A DNA stretch of 64,000 nt from the human T2T-CHM13v2.0 reference genome, Homo sapiens. The stretch is from assembly GCF_009914755.1 (NCBI RefSeq), contig NC_060942.1; one strand, given 5' to 3'. The position numbers were made by a program, and so were the translations under genes. The notes beneath the pieces are model-generated. The model had not been told where the DNA came from. It searched no databases and was given only the letters and a program-made list of their open reading frames with translations. This document shows positions 60,232 to 64,000 of the stretch, one piece after another (position 1 is the first letter of the stretch; each line of letters starts with the position of its first letter).

Positions 60232-60544
60232 AATGTTTGCTGCAAACAGAAGTCACAATTTTTACTTTTCCCATCTTAATCTTCACTATTTTGAATTTCA
60301 ATATTAAACTCATTATGGATGAAATATTTTCTCATTTTATTTTCTTCTTTCTATTGTTTTAGAAATCATTATTACTATTTTTCTAGTGGTTTTGTTAATC
60401 TATCTCCATTTCAGATTTACAAAAGCCTAAGATTATCAGTCGCTTTATCTCCCTACTGAACCTCACAGGTCCCTTGCCAGCCTTAGCTCTGACTTCCCAT
60501 CCTCTCTAAAGAGCTTCTGATGTCTAGTTTTTAAATTCCAATAG

Positions 60545-61800
60545 TTTTAAACTTTTCATTTTGATATTATTTCAATACTACAAGAAATTTGCTGAGTAGT
60601 TCAAAGAACTCTCATATCACAATTGTCAGCATTTTAGTGTATTTGGCCATTCTTTCATTTTGAACAGTTTGTAAGTTACAGACATACTGTCTAATTATCC
60701 CTTAAAATTTAGTCCGAATTTACTAAAAACAAGGACACTTTCCCACACAGTACAATCCTCAAAATTTTTAAATTTTATACAATAATGTCATACAATCCTT
60801 ATAATACTCCATTCAAATTTCAGAAATTGTTTACACAATGTTCTTATTTCAGTAATTAAGGATCATGTGTTTCATTCAATAGTTTCTCCAATCCCTTCAA
60901 TATAAAGCAGTTCCTCAGTGCTTTATTTTCATGACTTGATCATTTTTGAAAATAACAAGCCAGCCACCTCAGTTTCAGTCTGATGTTTCCCTAAGATTAT
61001 GCCACTATGGCAACTTATACAACTATTACAGGAAGACTTCGGTGCATCCTATCAGGTGTATGATATTACCTTCCCTATTACTGAAGATGCTAAATTTTAT
61101 CACCTGGTGAAAATGGTGTCTGCCAGTTTTCTACACTGGAACTTTAATAAGTATTTTATACTTATTAATTCATAAGTGATTATTTTAGCTAGCATTCCAC
61201 TCTAAGGTAAAGCTCTCCCCCCCACTCCACTAGTTTATTTATGTACTCAAATAAATAACAATATGAACTCATAGTTTTCTATTTTATTTAACCACTTATA
61301 ATTCATAATAATTATTATTTATTTTGATACTTAAATTTTCCCAGATTTGGACAGTGGGAGTCCCTTAATCTGTCTTGTTCTTTGAATACTTTTTTACTTA
61401 TAGCCACAACAAGGTGTACCATGGTTCATCTTATGCCTTTCCTACTCCAGCTCTGGAATCAATCATTCCTTCAAACCTGGTATCCTCTAACAGAGAATGT
61501 TATTCAAAAACCAAGATTTGGATGCCAGGTGTGTTCATTGCTATTGGAGTGTCATTTTTAGGTTTCTTTCAGTGGACAAGATTAGGAAACATATCTGTAT
61601 ATGAACACCCTTTCACACACACATTTACTAAATCTATTAAATGTGTCAAAGTTTATACCAATAACTCTAACTACAGTCTTATACCGCAGGATTAATTTAG
61701 TTTATCTCTTTTTTCATATTTGAATCTTTTCTGACGGTGAAAATCTGAAGTCCCATTATTGTCTATGTATTTACATATTTGTTCAACTACTTTGCAATTA
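60545..61800 (-). mobile_element. L1MC4/5-like 3'UTR
   Basis: aaaaacaaggacact, aaaccaagatttggatgccaggtgtgttcattgctattggagtgtc. Confidence 0.7.
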
Positions 61801-61959
61801 ACTTTTCTTCCACTTGATTCCCCCAGGTGCTGTTGGCTGGGTGGGTTACCCTGTGCTAGATAGAAACCAATCAGTCATGCTGCCTATATTACATGAGCAC
61901 TAGGGAGAATAAGAGGAAGAGAGGCAATCTTTCTGGTTCTTAATCTACAAGATAGAAAT

Positions 61960-63340
61960 AATTATTGTTTTAAACAGTCACATTTGTCCACCTATTTGCC
62001 CATATATTTGTTCAAAATTTATTCTGGCTTTTAAACCAAATTTCTGATGTCATTTACTTTCTGTGGAAAGAATATCCTTTAGATTTTCATTTAGTGATGG
62101 TATGTGGTAGTAAGCTCTTTAATTTTGTCTTATTCTAAAAATATATTTATTTCATTCTTAGATAATTTTCTGATTATATAATTTTAGATTGACAGTAATT
62201 TTGTTTTGGCATCATGAATATTTATATTATTAAATAATCTTCTGACTTCCATTGCTAAACAGGTCAAATAATCACACATTTTCAAGTAATCTATCTTTTC
62301 TTTCTGGTTGCTTTTAAAATCATGTGTTTTAAAATTTATTTATTGCTGTTTCACTGTGCATGAGATTATGTCTATATGTATTTTTACTTTCCTGCTTGGA
62401 ATTTTATTAAGCTACTTAGATCCAAAAATTGTTGTCTTTCCAAAAGTCACAATATATATGACTGAAATTGCTCTGTCAAAGTGTAGGGATATTTTTACCT
62501 TTAAAAGATACTGTCAAATGCTGTTAAACATATATTAACTTAATAGTCCCATAAGCTATTCCAAAAGTTGCATTTGCTCCAAATCCCAACTAATATTTTG
62601 AATCATATTATAATTACTGCCACTTTTTTTTGTTTGTTTTGGTCTTAGTTTTAGTTATTTTGATAATTGTGCAGTGATATATCATTGGAGTTTTAATTTG
62701 CATTTTCCTAATGACTGATGATGTAGAGCATCTTTCCATATTTGAATATCCTTTTTTGGAAATTTCTATTCAACAATTTTGCCTATGCATCTTTTAGTGT
62801 TTTCTGTTGTTGTTGTTTATTGGAATGTAAGAGTTCTCGTATAATCTGCATATGAGTGCTTGGATAGATGTGGGTAATGCATCCATTGCGTTTTGCAATT
62901 CTACATACATACAGATTCAGCTTGCCAAATTCTTAAAAAAAAAAAAAAGCAACTTTTGAGACATAATTGACATTATGTTGAATTTATATTTTTAATTTAG
63001 AGTGAATTGACACCTTTATACCTACTGTTCCAATCCATAAAACTTATCTTTCTCCAAGTGTTATTTTATCTTTTTCAATTTAAAATAAAATTCTAGCTTT
63101 CAGCATAGAGGTCTTGCATATTTCTAGTTATGTTTATTCATAGGTGTTTTATCTTTTGTATTACTCTAAATGGTCTGTTTGCTTTTTATATTTGATGTTG
63201 CTGGTATGAAGTAATGTAATACCTTGTATTTTGTATATTGTTTTTGTATTGAATGATCTTATATGCATTTGCAAATTTAAAAAGTTATAGATTCTTAAAG
63301 TTTTTCTACATGTTCAATCTTACTTTCCGGGTATAGGCAC
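61960..63340 (-). mobile_element. Ancient L1ME fragments
   Basis: gttttaatttgcattttcctaatgactgatgatgtagagcatct, gcatagaggtcttgcata. Confidence 0.7.
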
Positions 63341-63344
63341 AATG

Positions 63345-64000
63345 TTATTTATTTATTTTTATTTTTATTTTTTTAAATTTCCAACTCTTATTTTAGACTG
63401 GAGGAGTGCATGTACAAGTATATTACATGGGTATATTGTAGGATTCGGAGGTTTAGGATACAAATGATCCTGTCACCCAGTTAGTGAGCATGAAACCCAG
63501 CAGTTTTTCAACACTTGCCCCACTTCCTTCCTCCTCCCTCTAGTAGTCCTTAGTCTTAGTTGTAGCCATCTTTATGTCCATGAGTATCCAATATTTAGCT
63601 GTTACTTATAAGTGAGAACATGCAGTATTTGTTTTTTTTGTTTCTGTTAATCTGCTTAGGATAACGGCCTTTTTAATAGCTGAATAGTATTCCATGGTGT
63701 ATATGTACCACATTTTCTTTATCCAATCCATCCACTTTTGATGGAATGCTAAGCAGATTCCATGTCTTTGCTATGGCAAATAGTGCTGTGATGAACATAT
63801 CAGTTCATGTGTCCTTTTGGTAGAATGATTTATTTTGTTTTGAATATATACCCATTAGTGGGATTACTAGGTCAAATGGTAGTTGTGCTCTGAGTTCTAT
63901 GGGAAATCTTCAGTCTGCTTTCCACAGTGGCTGAACTAATTTGCATTTCCACCAACAGTGTATAAGCATTCCCTTTTCTCCTCAGCCTCACCAGCATCTG
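63345..64000 (-). mobile_element. L1PA16-like 3' end, runs off the window
   Basis: T-rich tail, gatcctgtcacccagttagtgagcat..., ttccacagtggctgaactaatt; short internal deletion near 63670. Confidence 0.88.

Overview
This is primate (human-like) nuclear genomic DNA, not microbial. It is AT-rich and very repeat-dense, and looks intergenic or deep-intronic. I find no confident protein-coding gene, RNA gene, CRISPR array or operon. The supplied ORFs are Alu/L1/LTR read-throughs or chance frames. Identifiable content: about 14 Alu-family copies (J, S, Y, one hybrid monomer, one FAM); a full-length but dead ~6.2 kb L1PA6-like LINE-1 with a perfect TSD nested in an old L1MC; several other nested L1s; MaLR elements (MST-int plus LTR, MLT1); ERV1 solo LTRs (LTR8, MER31); L2, MIR and L3/CR1 relics; hAT MERs; a half MADE1; and microsatellites. 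Subfamily names come from my recollection of consensus sequences and need RepeatMasker/Dfam confirmation. I could not support a novel biological system. Most worth following up: a candidate minus-strand promoter with two spliced 5' exons (3.2-3.8 kb), an AT-rich quasi-palindromic minisatellite (11.0 kb), an interleaved A-B-A'-B' local duplication (22.0-24.7 kb), a 17-bp triplication inside the ZNF93-targeted segment of the L1 5'UTR (31.3 kb), a candidate 27-nt microexon (45.9 kb) and a perfect 22-bp VNTR (58.4 kb).
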